Assembly (NCBI GenBank): GCA_013239625.1
Contig: MU053482.1
Location: 3,743,922-3,807,921 of the forward strand
Origin: Lama guanicoe
Taxonomy: Eukaryota
Reading direction: 5' to 3'
Length of the DNA stretch: 64,000 nucleotides
In this document: positions 51,813 to 64,000 of the stretch, piece after piece
Position numbering within the stretch: the first letter of the stretch is position 1
Layout of the letters: each line of letters starts with the position of its first letter
The notes under the pieces: generated by a model
Seen by the model: only the letters and a program-made list of their open reading frames with translations
What the model was told of the DNA's origin: nothing
The model's database searches: none
Made by a program: the position numbers and the translations under genes

Positions 51813-53179
51813 CGTCTGCAGGCCCAGCATAAGAGACGGTGACACAATTCTGAAACTGAAGTCTTTTACTGTGATTATCTGGAGCTCCCCCCAAGCCTAC
51901 TCTTCTTTATGTCATTGCTGTGCTGAATCCATTTTTTTCCCCTCCAATTGTTTTGGGGAAAACTTACCCACTTACTTCCCTCTCCTCTTCTGCCTGTGCT
52001 GGGTGCTCACCTTTATCACCATCTGCCTCTTTATCAGTTTGATCACTGAGTCAAATGTTTATATTTAGACTTTTTAAATGTTCATCGAGTTGTATTTATC
52101 CCAACTTGCTTCATATCTTTCAGGAATTCATCAACATTTCTTTGGCGGTAATAGCATTCCTCTTGATTTTTCTAGTTCTTCTTCTCCTTCTCCTTCTCCT
52201 TTCTTCTTTCTTCTTCATTTTATATCTTTGTTATTTTAATGGCATTTTTGGAAGGAGAAGTGGAAAAAAACTTTGATTCTATTGGTTAATTTCTTAAATC
52301 CAGAGGTCTTCCTTCCACTTGGAAATAATGGGAATCTGGATTTTCCACTAATTCAGGTGGATCTTTCCCCGACTAGGTTGGTTTAAACTGTGGGGTTTGG
52401 GGGTGCTTCATGACTTTTGGAGGTGGATATTTTATCTCATTGTCAACTTTGGCCATGCTGCTTCCCTCCAGAGTTCATTTCAAGGACAGGGAGGTTATAC
52501 AAGGCAGAGATGTCATGATGTTTCAGCCTTTCTAGTTGGCTCTATCCCAAAGCAATGTTCTGTTCTTTCTCCAAACAATTCTTCATTGAATTTGGCAACA
52601 GCCATTGGGCCTGGCTCTTAAGGTCCTGTTGAAAAAATGCGTATCCTTTTCAGTGAGTTTTCATGACTTCATATTTTCTGGCGTGAAATTAAAATAAAAA
52701 TATCTTTCTTTTCACCAAAATCTAAATCAAACAAATGGGATGAGGATTTTTGTGGGAGAGATATTTATTGGAAGGAGGGCTATAAAGGAGAGGGAGCTAT
52801 GTTTCTTCAATTGACTGAGCAATGCAGAATTCAGGATAATGCCATCATTCACAATCAGCTTTCGTGCATGTGAAAATATTAGCAACTCATCAAGGTCTTG
52901 TAGACCAGGGAACATCAGCCTCTGTATTGTATTTATGTTGGATATTTTTTACTTTAGCAGAGATAAAGTTCACTAAGATTCCTTCTGAGGGTTGAAGTTT
53001 TCTACAATAAGTCAAAAATTCAGATGTCAGAGGGGTTTCTTCTTTTAGGAAGATTTTCAGAAAAGGTATATTAATTTGGTTCCTAATAGTGGTGTCATAT
53101 TCACTTTTTGTGCTTTGATGTATCATGCAGACATTTTTTTAAAGTTCCTGTTTAGTACTAGAATAGAAATTGTGCTGAA

Positions 53180-53400
53180 GCAAGAAGGGATAAATTTGGG
53201 AGTTCAAGATTTACAAATATTAACTACTATATGTAAAAATAGATAAAAAAACAAATTTCTTCTAGCACAGGGAACTATATTCAATATCTTGTAATAACCT
53301 TTAATGAAAATGAATATATGTATATATATGTATAATTTGGACATTGTGCTGTATACCAGAAATTGACACATTGTAACTGACTATACTTCAGTTAAAAAAA
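53180..53400 (+). mobile_element. L1 3' end
   Basis: gggataaatttgggagttcaagattt...agcacagggaactatattcaatatc...ctatacttcagttaaaaaaa. Confidence 0.85.
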
Positions 53401-55123
53401 GAAGTGTTCTATTTGGTGTTGTTATTTTGAAATGCCTATTTTAGACAATCTTTCAAGAAGGAAAGAGTGGTCAGTTGGGTCAAATCTTGTGTGACATCAA
53501 ATAAGATGAGGACCAAGAAGTGACCACTGGATTGGCAATGTGGAGGTCACTGATAATTCTGAAAAGAGCAGTCTCAGAGGGCAGAAATGTGCTTGGAGTG
53601 GATGGATGACAGATTGTGAGATGAAGAAGTGGGGACGGTGTATATGGGTAACTCTATCAAGAAGTTTCCTGTGGAGGGTTTGAGAATCAGTTGGTAATAG
53701 TTGGTAGAAATGGTGAGGTCAAGGGAGTTTTCCTTTTTAAATAAGACAGACCACAACTAGCATCCCCAGCCCCTGCTAAATCCCACTAGGTCCCCTTGGT
53801 CACTCTGGCAACCAGAATGTACTCTCATTCATTTCCAAATTCTTCTCAGAAGGGAAAATTCTGCCTTCTCCCCATTCCCTACTACAACTTGTTTGTGTAA
53901 CTATGCATATAATCTAGTAGGGAGGGAAAATGCAGGAGAGAAAGGGATAATTGCAAGAATGCAGACTAAACTCAAGAGAGGATGGGATCCAGGGATTGCC
54001 CATTGTAACAGAAAGGAAGTAAAGAGGATGTGCATTGAGTGGACAGGTTGGTATTTTGTTGGTGGAAAGATGAGGGAGACCTGCTAGTTGCCTTTTTTTT
54101 TTTTTTGTGAGGTATGAGAGGAGGTTATATGCTGTGTATAGGGGCAGTGGTATTGGGGTAGTGGATTTGAAGAGGGAGAAAAAGAGGGAACTTGTTTTGG
54201 ATGGTAGAGAGTGAGCACGCTAGGAAAATATCAGATTAAAAGAAGGCTGAATATCCATCTGAAATTTGATTGTTATCTGTTTCTCATTCAACTCTGAGCT
54301 CTGTGAGTACAGATACTGTGTCTCTTTTGTTGTGCACCAGTTACCTGTAGCACATGACATGGTACCTTGTGCCTAGTAAGTATTCAGTAAATATTCAGTG
54401 ATTTAATAATGCTTGACTCTCTGTTGAAATGGCTATCTTAGAAGACATCTATATTCTTTATCAGTATTCCACAGTTCTTGCCTTTCAGATATCTTTAACA
54501 TCCATCCATCCATCCATCCATCCCCCTGTTCTGAGAGCTCTGTGCCTTCTGCAGGTCTTGAGCTGATCTGATTATCCGAGTGGTACATGCTGGGTACGAC
54601 CTCACTTGCTCATCAACCTGCTGTTGATGCTTTTCTAGGGCTTCCATTGTGGATGTACTTGTCATCTACTTAGTTTCCTGGCCATCACTTTCTTTAAACT
54701 CACGTATTCTTTGAAGAGCTCCCTGCTTTTTGCATTCTTTTCTCCTCCTCCTTCTGTCAGCATAGGAGCCCTCCTCTTTCCAGGAATCAGCTTGCTCCCT
54801 CCTCAAGGATTCCCAATATCCACAAGATACCCTAGCATTTTACAATTTTCATTTTTTTTATTACACGTATATTATATGTGTACTGAAGAAAAAATAAGAA
54901 AACAGATATTGTGTCTTGATACTGAACGTAGCTTTCTTAAACATCATCTGGTAGATTGCATTGATTACAGTTTTTCACTTCCTCCTTTCCAGTAAGAAGA
55001 TTATATATTTTTTCTTTATTGACTTGGGCTGCCTTTGGCCTTTGGCCAATGAAATGTGAATGATATGACTTATGCTATGTCTGAGCAGAAGTTTTAAACA
55101 TGAATGTCTGATTTGGCTTGGCT

Positions 55124-55277
55124 CTTTTTAAACATTTTTTATTTTTTTTGTGTGTGTGACGGGGGAGGTAATTAGGTTTGTTTGTTTGTTTGTTTTTAAA
55201 TCAAGGTACTGAGGATTGAACCCAGGACCTCATACGTGCTAGGCACACATCCTACCGCTGAGCTATACCCTTCCCCC
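55124..55277 (-). mobile_element. tRNA-Ala-derived SINE (Vic-1-like) inserted in an MLT1 LTR (about 55000-55480)
   Basis: gggggaggtaattaggttt...gaggattgaacccaggacctc...ctaccgctgagctataccc. Confidence 0.85.
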
Positions 55278-57099
55278 GCTGAGTTTCTGCTCTTTGCTAC
55301 GAGCAGAACATGTCCCAGATAAGGGCTGTTTCTTCTGCCTGGGTCCTGGAATGAGAAGAAATGTGGAGCAGATCCAACCCAACCCACAGCCTGACCCTCT
55401 GTGTAGTGAGAAATAAGGGTTTATATTTATAAGCTATGGGAATTGTGCTTTTTGTTGTTTGTTATTAAAGCAAGAGCTAATACACATTTCTTCCACCAAG
55501 AATTGACTTTCAAACTCAGTCTTCTCAATCACCACAACAGGGGTGTCATGCATGGTGCCAGACTCTCCTCTTTTACTTGTTGATCAGGGCATTTTTTCCC
55601 ACCAAGCCCAAATATGAGCCTAGATACGACCTTAGAATCCTTTTGGATACAGTGTTCCGGGGAGCTACTGTGAATCAAGCAGAGATGGCTGGTGAGATAA
55701 AACCATTCTGGCATGCTTCCACTCCTCTATTCTGTTCTCTACATTTATTGATAACTTTTGCTTAGATGGGTCCTTCAAAGCAGGAATGTCCTTGGAAATA
55801 CTGATCAGAGCTGCCTGGGTTCACAGAACACATTTTTTACTTTTAATGCTTATCATATCATTAGTGTCTTGGAAACAATACTAGATGAGAAGAAAACTCA
55901 AACTCATAAAGATGTGACTTGCTCAAGGTCACAAACTGACTTGAACTTGGTCTGTTTGCCTCTGATGCCCATAATCTTTCTGTTACACTAACAGAGCCCA
56001 GATGTGGCTAAGGGATTCCACTGGCTAGAGTCCTTGGATTTCCTCTCTCTCTGGGCCTCAAACTTTTCATTTATGAGACTCTAGAGGCACTGAAGCCAAC
56101 TGTTCCTTTAGATCTCTCTTTTCCTCAATGAGCTGACATCCAAGTGTTTTCTTTATAGGTGAAGAGAACAGTTATGGAATTGTATACCAAGGAGTTATCA
56201 GTGGGACTAGGAGAGGCACACAACTAGCTCAGAAGGCCTGTCCTCCTGGCAAATGCATATTCCTGAACTCCACCCAAAGCAGTATCTGAAGCTTTACTGG
56301 GAAAACTAACCAGGAATGCCAAATATCCTCAGAATGTCATTGAACGTCAACCTGTCCATCAAAAAGGCACAGTGGAGGCTCCATTAAAACATGGGGTTGG
56401 AGGGTGAGGTAACTAAAATCTGCACTACTAGTTTTCTGGGTAATGGTTAAGGGCTGGGATTCCCTGGAGTAGGGGTCCATGGTTTTCCCCGCAGAGTGAC
56501 TCATCGATGGCAGAACAACTCACTGTGGTGGAGGTTAGCAAATATCAAAAGAATTCCCTGGTAAGATATAAGGACATCCGGCTGAATGTTCTTCTAAGCA
56601 TTTATAGCTCTGTGATGAGGTTGCTATTGTCCCATTTTGTTTATCCTTCAAATGATGTCATTTTTTTGCTAAGTGGTTACGATTTTGACCTTGTCATTTC
56701 TGCCACTAGGTGGTTTCCAAATTGTCCATCCTTGGCAATGTTTAATGCCTTGTCCCCTCTCCTACTGTCAGGGGCAGCTCATTTAAGCTGCCAAGAGGGC
56801 CTGTTTTATTGTTCAGCCAGCCAAGGCCTAACTTGTTTTATAACATTTCAAAATGGATTGATGATAGAAATTTCAATTTGTTTCAGAAGAGAGTTGTCAG
56901 CAGCCCCGAGCTCAGAAAATGAGTGGCCAGGTCTTTTGGAGGCATTGGTTTGAGTGTACATGGATTATTGCTGTTTCGGCGTGCGTCTGTTCTCTGAAGC
57001 TCATCCTTCTTTATATGTAAGTAATGCTTCTGAAGAATGCCTGGTACTCTAAAACTAACTTAAGATTAAAATTTCTTCTTATCTATGTTGCTAAATGTA

Positions 57100-57995
57100 G
57101 CGATCATAGGTTGTTTTTGTCTTTCCCTTCGGGGAACTACTGCCTCCTCCACTCTCAGTACCTGCGGTTTGGATGGAGCTGTTTCAGATCTTTGTTTCAG
57201 GGGTAGGCATGTGACTCAGGCCTGTCCGATGAGAAACAGGGATTTGATTTAGGGATGAGTACGTTAGCTGTATCAGCCAGGATCCTGAAAACAGATGGAA
57301 ACTCTCAAATAACCTTCCCAAGGAAGTGTACGCAGAGTATAGGAAAACTCTAAGAGATAGTGCAGTTCTTGGGGTTACTCTTTGTAGGTCACTGGCACCA
57401 CCCACAGATTGTAGAGGTGAGATTGAGGAGCCACTACTGGAACTCAAAGAGGGAAAGATGTGTTGAGAGAGCTGAGGCAGGTCCTGTGACTGTTGGCCAA
57501 GAGACTCAGCTACCCAATGCAGACCCTTGCAAAGGGATCTGGGGAAAATGACCTCATTCTTTTCCCTTCCTTCAGTCTCCTGCTGGTCTTCCCACTGACA
57601 AGACCCATTGGAAGGAGCCACTGGAGCATCTGCACAGGCCAGCCTTCCAGCTACAGAGCAGGAAGAAGGATGGAGAGTGGATTTCAAGGTCAAGCTGAAG
57701 ATGTTCAGCACATGAACCAATTCTGGCCAATTGAGAGTCAGTCTTGGGACTTTTAATGAAACAATTGAGTAACAGGTACTCTCTATCCACTGGGATTTCT
57801 GTAAAAAATGAGCCTGGAGCTGGTGGTCATCTTGGCATCCTTCTAAAGAGAGGAAAGCAGAGCAAAGAGATGGGGGGCAAGTCCTGATGACATATTTAAG
57901 CACTTGGATCCAGTCACACTTGAAGACTACCCTTAGAATTTGCAGGTAGGGGGCACTAATTTTTCTCTACTTCAGCCAGTCAAGTTTCTATCACT
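57100..57995. mobile_element. Old MLT1-like LTR interrupted by another LTR fragment
   Basis: ggggtaggcatgtgactcaggcc...; cacttggatccagtcacacttgaag...tttctatcacttgca. Confidence 0.45.
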
Positions 57996-58537
57996 TGCAT
58001 CTGGAAGAAGCTTGAGGGAGGCATGGTGTGCATAGTCCAGTATCCTGCAGAACTCAGCTCATGGAGCCTTCAAGATGCTTGCCTGCCACCCCAAGCAGTG
58101 GCTCCTAACCCCTTCATTTCACTAGTCATGGGATCATTGGTCTGTGCAGGTGCCAACCCCTGTCTTTTCATAACCCTATCCAGCTGCAGTCTGTTCCTTG
58201 GTAGCTGTAACCAAGAGAGCCACGATATCAACGGCCCAGATGCATCATTGAGCAAAAGCTGGAATTTCATGAATTTAATGTATTTGGGAGAAGCAACGTT
58301 GCAAAATACGAAGGAAAAATAATTCAGGTCCCCCAGGGTAGGGGAAAAAAAGGCTAGAAAGACTATATTCTGAAGTTAGGTGATTTAATTCAGATATTCA
58401 AATGTAGGTAAAGTTGGTAAATGTTGGGCCAGATCAAGTAATTCTATGGGAGAGCTATTTTAACATAAGTTAGGCCCTGTCCATGTGCTCAGGTTGAGTA
58501 GTATCTGTTCTAAGAGATACTTAGCCTCAAACGACAC

Positions 58538-58677
58538 GGGGAGAAGGGGAAAGCACAGTGGCAGAGTGCGTGCTTAGCATACATGAGGTCCTGGGTTCGA
58601 TCCCCAGTACCTCTGTTAAAAAATAATAAAAAATAAAAATAAACCTAATTGCCTCCCCCCACAAAAAATAGGAAAAC
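58538..58677 (+). mobile_element. tRNA-Ala-derived SINE (Vic-1-like)
   Basis: gtgcttagcatacatgaggtcctgggttcgatccccagtacctc...aaacctaattgcctcccccc. Confidence 0.85.
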
Positions 58678-59469
58678 AAAAGACACTTGGTCAGCATCTT
58701 TCATAGGTGGTGGATCCTATGTTTACAGGGATCCTTCTCCATGAAGTGTGTGTGTGTATGTGCGTGTATTAAACAATGTCACCTATAATATTATGCTTTT
58801 CGTCAGCAAGAAAGAAAAGGGAAAGGGTGTGGGGGCAGAGGGCCAGGAGGGTTCAGTCCTCTTCAGGGCAGACCCGCAGCTTACCCTTCCCCCCAGCCTC
58901 CATTGCTAGCATTCCCTCCATCCATACTGAGCAAAGGGTTGTAAATCCCATCTGTAATTTCAGGGCTGGGGGAAGGGCTGGAACAGAGTGTGGCTGGACC
59001 CAGTTTCTTCCATTGGTTAGCTGTGTGACCTTGGATCAATCTCTCCAAGTTCCTGCTTCTTCCTTTGTAAAACAGGGATAATAACATCTTCCTCAGGGCA
59101 TGGCTATGAGGATAGAATGTGATTGAGTGAACAAAGCTTCTAATGTGCTGTCTGGAGAATGTCTTCATAAACGGCCAAAACAACAACAGCAATGATGACA
59201 AATTTAGGCAGGCCGGATTGCAGCACGTCAAAGATTCATTTTGAAGCCAGCAAGACGCCTGGCACTCAACAGCGAATGTCAGTTCCTTTCTCCTTTTTTC
59301 TGCTTTCCTCTTGCCAGAGTGTTTCGTCCTTCAAATAGAATCCTTCGATAAGGACTGAAAAGGGATGCATGAGCTGATAGAAGCAATTATAGCTTTAAAT
59401 AGCCTCAGTTTGCCTCTTTGACTCAGTAACCCTATCTCTGAAAATTAGTGTAAGAAATAATCTTAAAGA

Positions 59470-59703
59470 GGGGAGGAGGGATAAATTAGGAGTTTGGGAT
59501 TTGCAGATATTAACTACTATATATAAAATAAATAAACAAGGTCCTACTGTATTGCATAAGGAACTATATTCAATATCATGTAATAACCTGTAATGAAAAA
59601 GAATATATATATATATATATATAATGTATAACTGAATCACTATGCCATACATGAGAAACTAACACAATATTGTAAATCAATTATACTTCAATTAAAAAAA
59701 AAA
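59470..59703 (+). mobile_element. L1 3' end
   Basis: gggataaattaggagtttgggattt...aactatattcaatatc...tgtaaatcaattatacttcaattaaaaaa. Confidence 0.85.
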
Positions 59704-59926
59704 GAACTCTAAAAGAAATAAAAAGTCACTTGTGCTAAGATGTTCACTACAGAATTATTTATAATGGTAAAAATCTACCAATATCCAGTCATGAGGTCAG
59801 TTCAATTATGGCAATTCAGCTAAATGAGTTATTCTGCAGTCATCAAAATGATAATTTCAAAGACTATACAACAATATGGAAACTGTTTATGATTTAATGT
59901 TAAATCAAAAGATACATACATAATTG

Positions 59927-60074
59927 AGGGGGAGGGTATAGCTCAGTGGTAGAGTGCCTGCCTAGCATGCACGAGGTCCTGGGTTCAATCCCCAGTACCT
60001 CCATTATATAAATGAATAAACCTAATTACCTCCCCCCACCAAAAAGAAAAAAACCCACAAACCCCAAAACAAAC
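59927..60074 (+). mobile_element. tRNA-Ala-derived SINE (Vic-1-like) with a perfect 18-bp TSD
   Basis: gggtatagctcagtggtagag...tagcatgcacgaggtcctgggttcaatccccagtacctcca; TSD aagatacatacataattg at 59909-59926 and 60075-60092. Confidence 0.92.
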
Positions 60075-62904
60075 AAGATACATACATAATTGTACCTATA
60101 GTATGACACAGGCTTGTAGCCATACAAGGGGGGCACTGTTGGGAGTCTCTGTCCCCTAGGTGCTTCTTTTTGTCATCTTTACACACTGGGTTTATAGTCA
60201 GATGGGGGAAATTCTCTAACCTTTTACAACTTAGTTTATTTTTTGACCAGGTGTGAATATTTATCATACATAAACCTTACCAAGGCCATTAGAGAGAACA
60301 CTAAAAAACAAAAACAATTTGATTCTTTAGAGTAACAGGAATTATGATGAGTTTTGATAATGCACTTCAGCTCCTATTCATGGGCACAATAAACACGAAT
60401 GATAATTTCAGTCAGAATTATGGAATGATCCTTCTGTCCTCGTTCTACTTTGCTTAGGAAACATGGATTATTGGATGTAAGATATTTAGAATAAGACTTG
60501 ACATAGAGTGAGCAATCAATAAATAAGAGCTTGTAGCATCAATATTTATTATATGAGAGGCACCATTGCTGCATGAATGACCTCATATAATCCTCACAAC
60601 AATGCAGTGAGGGAGGGACTATTAGTATCCCAATTTTGGAGACGGGGAAACAAGCAGAGAGAAACGAAATCACTTGTCTCGGGTCACATCGCTGGTAAGC
60701 GGCAGAGCTGTAATTGCCTCGGGGCCCCGGTGCCAGTCTCGTTCCTCATCATTCTGCCCTAGCGCATGGTCATGCAACAAAGCTGCTACCTGTGGGGCTT
60801 GGGGGAAACAAAACTGAGTGGCTGGAGGACCTTTTTGGGAAAATCGTCTTCGGGTCCCTGGGCCTCCAGGGAACGGGTGATGAGGGCTGGAGAGAAGGAA
60901 GGGGGGGAGCAGGGGCTGGTTCTGGCCCTGGCTTCGGCACCTTCTGGAGTGGAGGGGATGGAGAGATTGGAATGGGGGGAACCCTGGGCGGATTTGCTTG
61001 TTCTTTGGTGGAGGGGCTGGAGGGAGACCGTCCATGACAGACATGACATGGGATTGGGCAGACAAGGAAAAGAGTCTGAATCATATGAGGCCACTCTTAA
61101 CTTCCAGGGTCTTACAACTTAAAGTTGTCTGAGCTATGATCTGGAACATGCTACCCTCCCCAACAACCCCCAATTTAGAAAGTAGGAAACAAGAGCTTGA
61201 GATAGCAAGTGCCTTGCCTTCTGCTGCCCCATGAGGCTTCTTCTGTAAGTAACCCTTAATCCGTAGACAGAAAAGTTCCCAGACAGATGTGAAACTCCCT
61301 GCAGTTGCTATGCCCTGTCTAGGCTCCACTTGAGGCAGTGTTTCCCTCTCCTCTCCCACTCCCGCCAAGAGACTCCCCAACTCTGATCTCAGTGAGATAG
61401 TGGGGAGGTTGGGGGTAGGCCTGGTGTAACCCAGCAAGGCCACTATGAAATCTGATGCTGAGTCCAGGACAGAGCTGTTTTGGGTGAGGGAGGGACTCCA
61501 GGGACAGGACCTAAGTTGGGGCCAACAGCATGATTGGGGAGCTCCCCCTTCCAAGTGCTGGAATTGGAGGGGGAAAGCAAGGTTGAGTGGTCAGAAACAG
61601 GCAGGGACCTTAGGAACAAATTCTCAGCCTCTGCCTTTTCTGGGATCCATCCCAGCTGAGGGGGTACCCAGAGGCTGGGGCTAGATCATGGGTCCTCACT
61701 GGAAACCAAGAGACAAGCCAGTGCTGCAGAAGCAAACTGAGCCAGAAACACGCGAGAAGCTGTGGTCTAAAAAGGGAAATCCGAAGGGTCACCAAAGTGA
61801 AGGGGCCAGAAGCAGCTATGGCAGCTGGGCTATGGAGCCAGCAATCTGAGAACCAGGGAGGTAAGAGCAAAAATAGTATGTCCAGGGCAAACAGGATTGG
61901 CCTGGAACAGGTGCTGCTGGTGGCTTGCTTTGGTGGGCCAGCTGGGGACGGTGGGAGCGTGGGCTGCTAAATTTAAAGGGCCAAGAACGGACACCAATGC
62001 CTAGGAGACCTTGAACCTGTCTCAGCCTGGGAGCCTCTTATAATAGCTCAGCCTGGATCCGAGACAATCTAGTACAGTTTGCCTTGGACCTGGAGCTGGC
62101 AGACCGGGCAGTCTATGGGGCAGAGGAAGGCAAAGCATTGGCGATCAGGACTGATCCCGACGGCTGGGCCCTGGGCACCCTGGGGCCTGCATGCTCAGAT
62201 CTGCATGAGAGTGTCGATGGGCCTGTGTCAGGCCTGTGGGAGAGACTGGCTGATGAGTCACAAGTCCCAGATGTGGAGCAGATGCTGCCGGCTGCTCTGA
62301 GCAGCTTGTCAGTAGATCTGACCACGCCTGGACCAGCTGTCAGGCTCAGGCCACTGGCCCCATTCCTAGCATACAGAGAGCCTAAGAACTTTCTCCTCTG
62401 TGAGCGTTCACCCTGTGAAATGTTTCAAAGCCCCACAGAACCACATTGGGTGAGCAAGTGTATTCTCAGCGCCAGGCTTTACAAGTTGATTTTATGACGC
62501 ATCTGGGCAGAAGGCGAAACTCCCCAGTCATTAACTCACTTCCCCTTGTGGGTGAATTCCACAATGAGTCGCTCATCTGAGCCATGGAACGATCTTCTCC
62601 AGCACACATAGACCTGTCTGTCAGTGTACATTTGGCTGCTCAGATAAATCCTTGGCACCTCATAGGATGTCCTGGGTTCACCTCTGAGACCACGTGCTTT
62701 TTCTTGCAGGGAACTTTGCTGGCTGCTTCCTGGAACAGGCTGGGACACAAGGATGATGTTCTGTGGATAAAGCTGTGTGTGTGGCCGGCAAGGCCTAGAA
62801 CACACATCTGGATGCTTAACCCCTAGTTTACCATGGCAGCTTGATGGCTTAATCCGTCCTCTGCTTGTGTCTGTCCTTTTATTATTTATATATTTTTTAG
62901 TTCT

Positions 62905-63330
62905 CTTTTTTTAAATTGAAGTATAGTTGACTTACACTATTGTTTTATTTTCAAGTGTGCAGCAACGTGATTCAGTTTACACATACGTATGTATACATTT
63001 GATTCTTTTCCATTATAGGTTATTATAAGATATTGAATCTAGTTCCCTATGCTATACAGTAAACCCTTTTGTTTATTTTGTATGTAGTATTTTATATCTG
63101 TTAATCCCATACTTCTAGTTTATCCTTCCCCACTTCCTCTTTGGTAACCATAAGTTTGTTTGCTACGCCTGAGAGCCTGTTTCTGTTTTGCAGTAAGTTT
63201 ACTTGTATTATTTTTTAGATCTCACTTATAAGGGATACAATGTTTGTCTTTTTCTGTCTGAGTTCCTTCACTCAGTATGATAAACTCTAAGTCAATCCAT
63301 ACTGCTGCAAATGGCAATATTTCGCGTCCT
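62905..63330 (-). mobile_element. L1 3' end
   Basis: ttttaaattgaagtatagttgacttac...ataggttattataagatattgaat...tgctgcaaatggcaatatttc. Confidence 0.85.
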
Positions 63331-64000
63331 TTTAAATTCCAGCTTAATGGCCACAGGCTCTAGGCTTCTTCTATGGTCTTAAAATAAGGCTCTGACCATG
63401 TCTCCAAAGGAGGGCCCCTGAAGCAAACGCTGTGACCTGCTGCCAAGGCTGGCAGAAAGAGACACAGTGCTGGAAATAAACGCAGGGTGTTTGCTTACAG
63501 ATTCTTCACCACATCATGAGTGAGTCAGATGACTTCTCACCCCAGATTCTGTTTTTACCGACTTTCCTACTCAGAGGCGGGGTGGGAGGATTGTATAAAG
63601 CTTAAAATATATCTCCCAATTATCTCCTTTTGTCTTTTGGGTTTTAATGTAGAATCAGGATTCTTTCATTCTTTGACGCAGCTAGGAATTATTTTTGACT
63701 TTCCCATTTGCCTTCTGCTTTAATTCATACTTGGTTGCAGAAAGAGCCCTAGGGAGCAAGTCAAGAGACTTCAGTCAAGTCTCTGCTCAGCGTGTCTGTT
63801 CCTGGGATTTGGGGCAAGTCAGCCCACCTCCCTGAGCTTCAGTTCCCTTGTTGGCAACGTGGGCGTCAGTTCCCCAAGGAAGCCGTGAGCATCCCTTGGG
63901 CAGATGCCAGGGTCTGAACCTCTGCCCTTCATCCTTTGCCTCCCAACTTGTTATGACAGCAGATTAGATCACTCCTGGAAGTGCTTAGAAAACCAAAATG

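Noticed and set aside
57184..57903. 239-aa minus-strand ORF
   Set aside because: Lies in LTR-like decayed sequence with no recognisable protein similarity
59927..60003. tRNA-Ala(AGC)-like sequences (also near 7820, 15930, 55205, 58545)
   Set aside because: Most are followed by the shared cctaattacctcccc tail and an A-rich tract, one has a perfect TSD, and stems are mismatched: SINEs, not tRNA genes
60670..62826. Cluster of 70-157 aa ORFs in a moderately GC-rich stretch, including 62084-62497
   Set aside because: No recognisable domain, CpG island or consistent exon structure; a faint CR1/L3 RT resemblance was too weak to call

Overview
Mammalian genomic DNA, probably camelid given the tRNA-Ala-derived Vic-1-like SINEs. 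It holds two genes, both on the minus strand: the 5' part of EIF4G2 (DAP5/NAT1/p97; exons 1-7, non-AUG GTG start at 3095, CpG-island promoter near 4.8 kb) and ZBED5 (domesticated hAT/Charlie-Buster transposase, CDS 34944-37028, CpG-island promoter near 40.2 kb). The rest is mostly interspersed repeats (L1, L2, MIR, ERVL/MaLR/MER21 LTRs, hAT and Tigger elements). The main observation is that the ZBED5 upstream region is a diverged direct copy of the EIF4G2 5' region, roughly 2.8-14.6 kb versus 37.9-50.1 kb. ZBED5's promoter, exon 1, intron 1 and exon 2 are paralogous to those of EIF4G2. They retain the uORF ATG, both splice junctions and the GTG start context, and they appear to splice into the transposase exon. 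All alignments and repeat-family names were done by eye or from memory, and repeat boundaries are approximate. I could not check whether the EIF4G2-ZBED5 paralogy has already been published.
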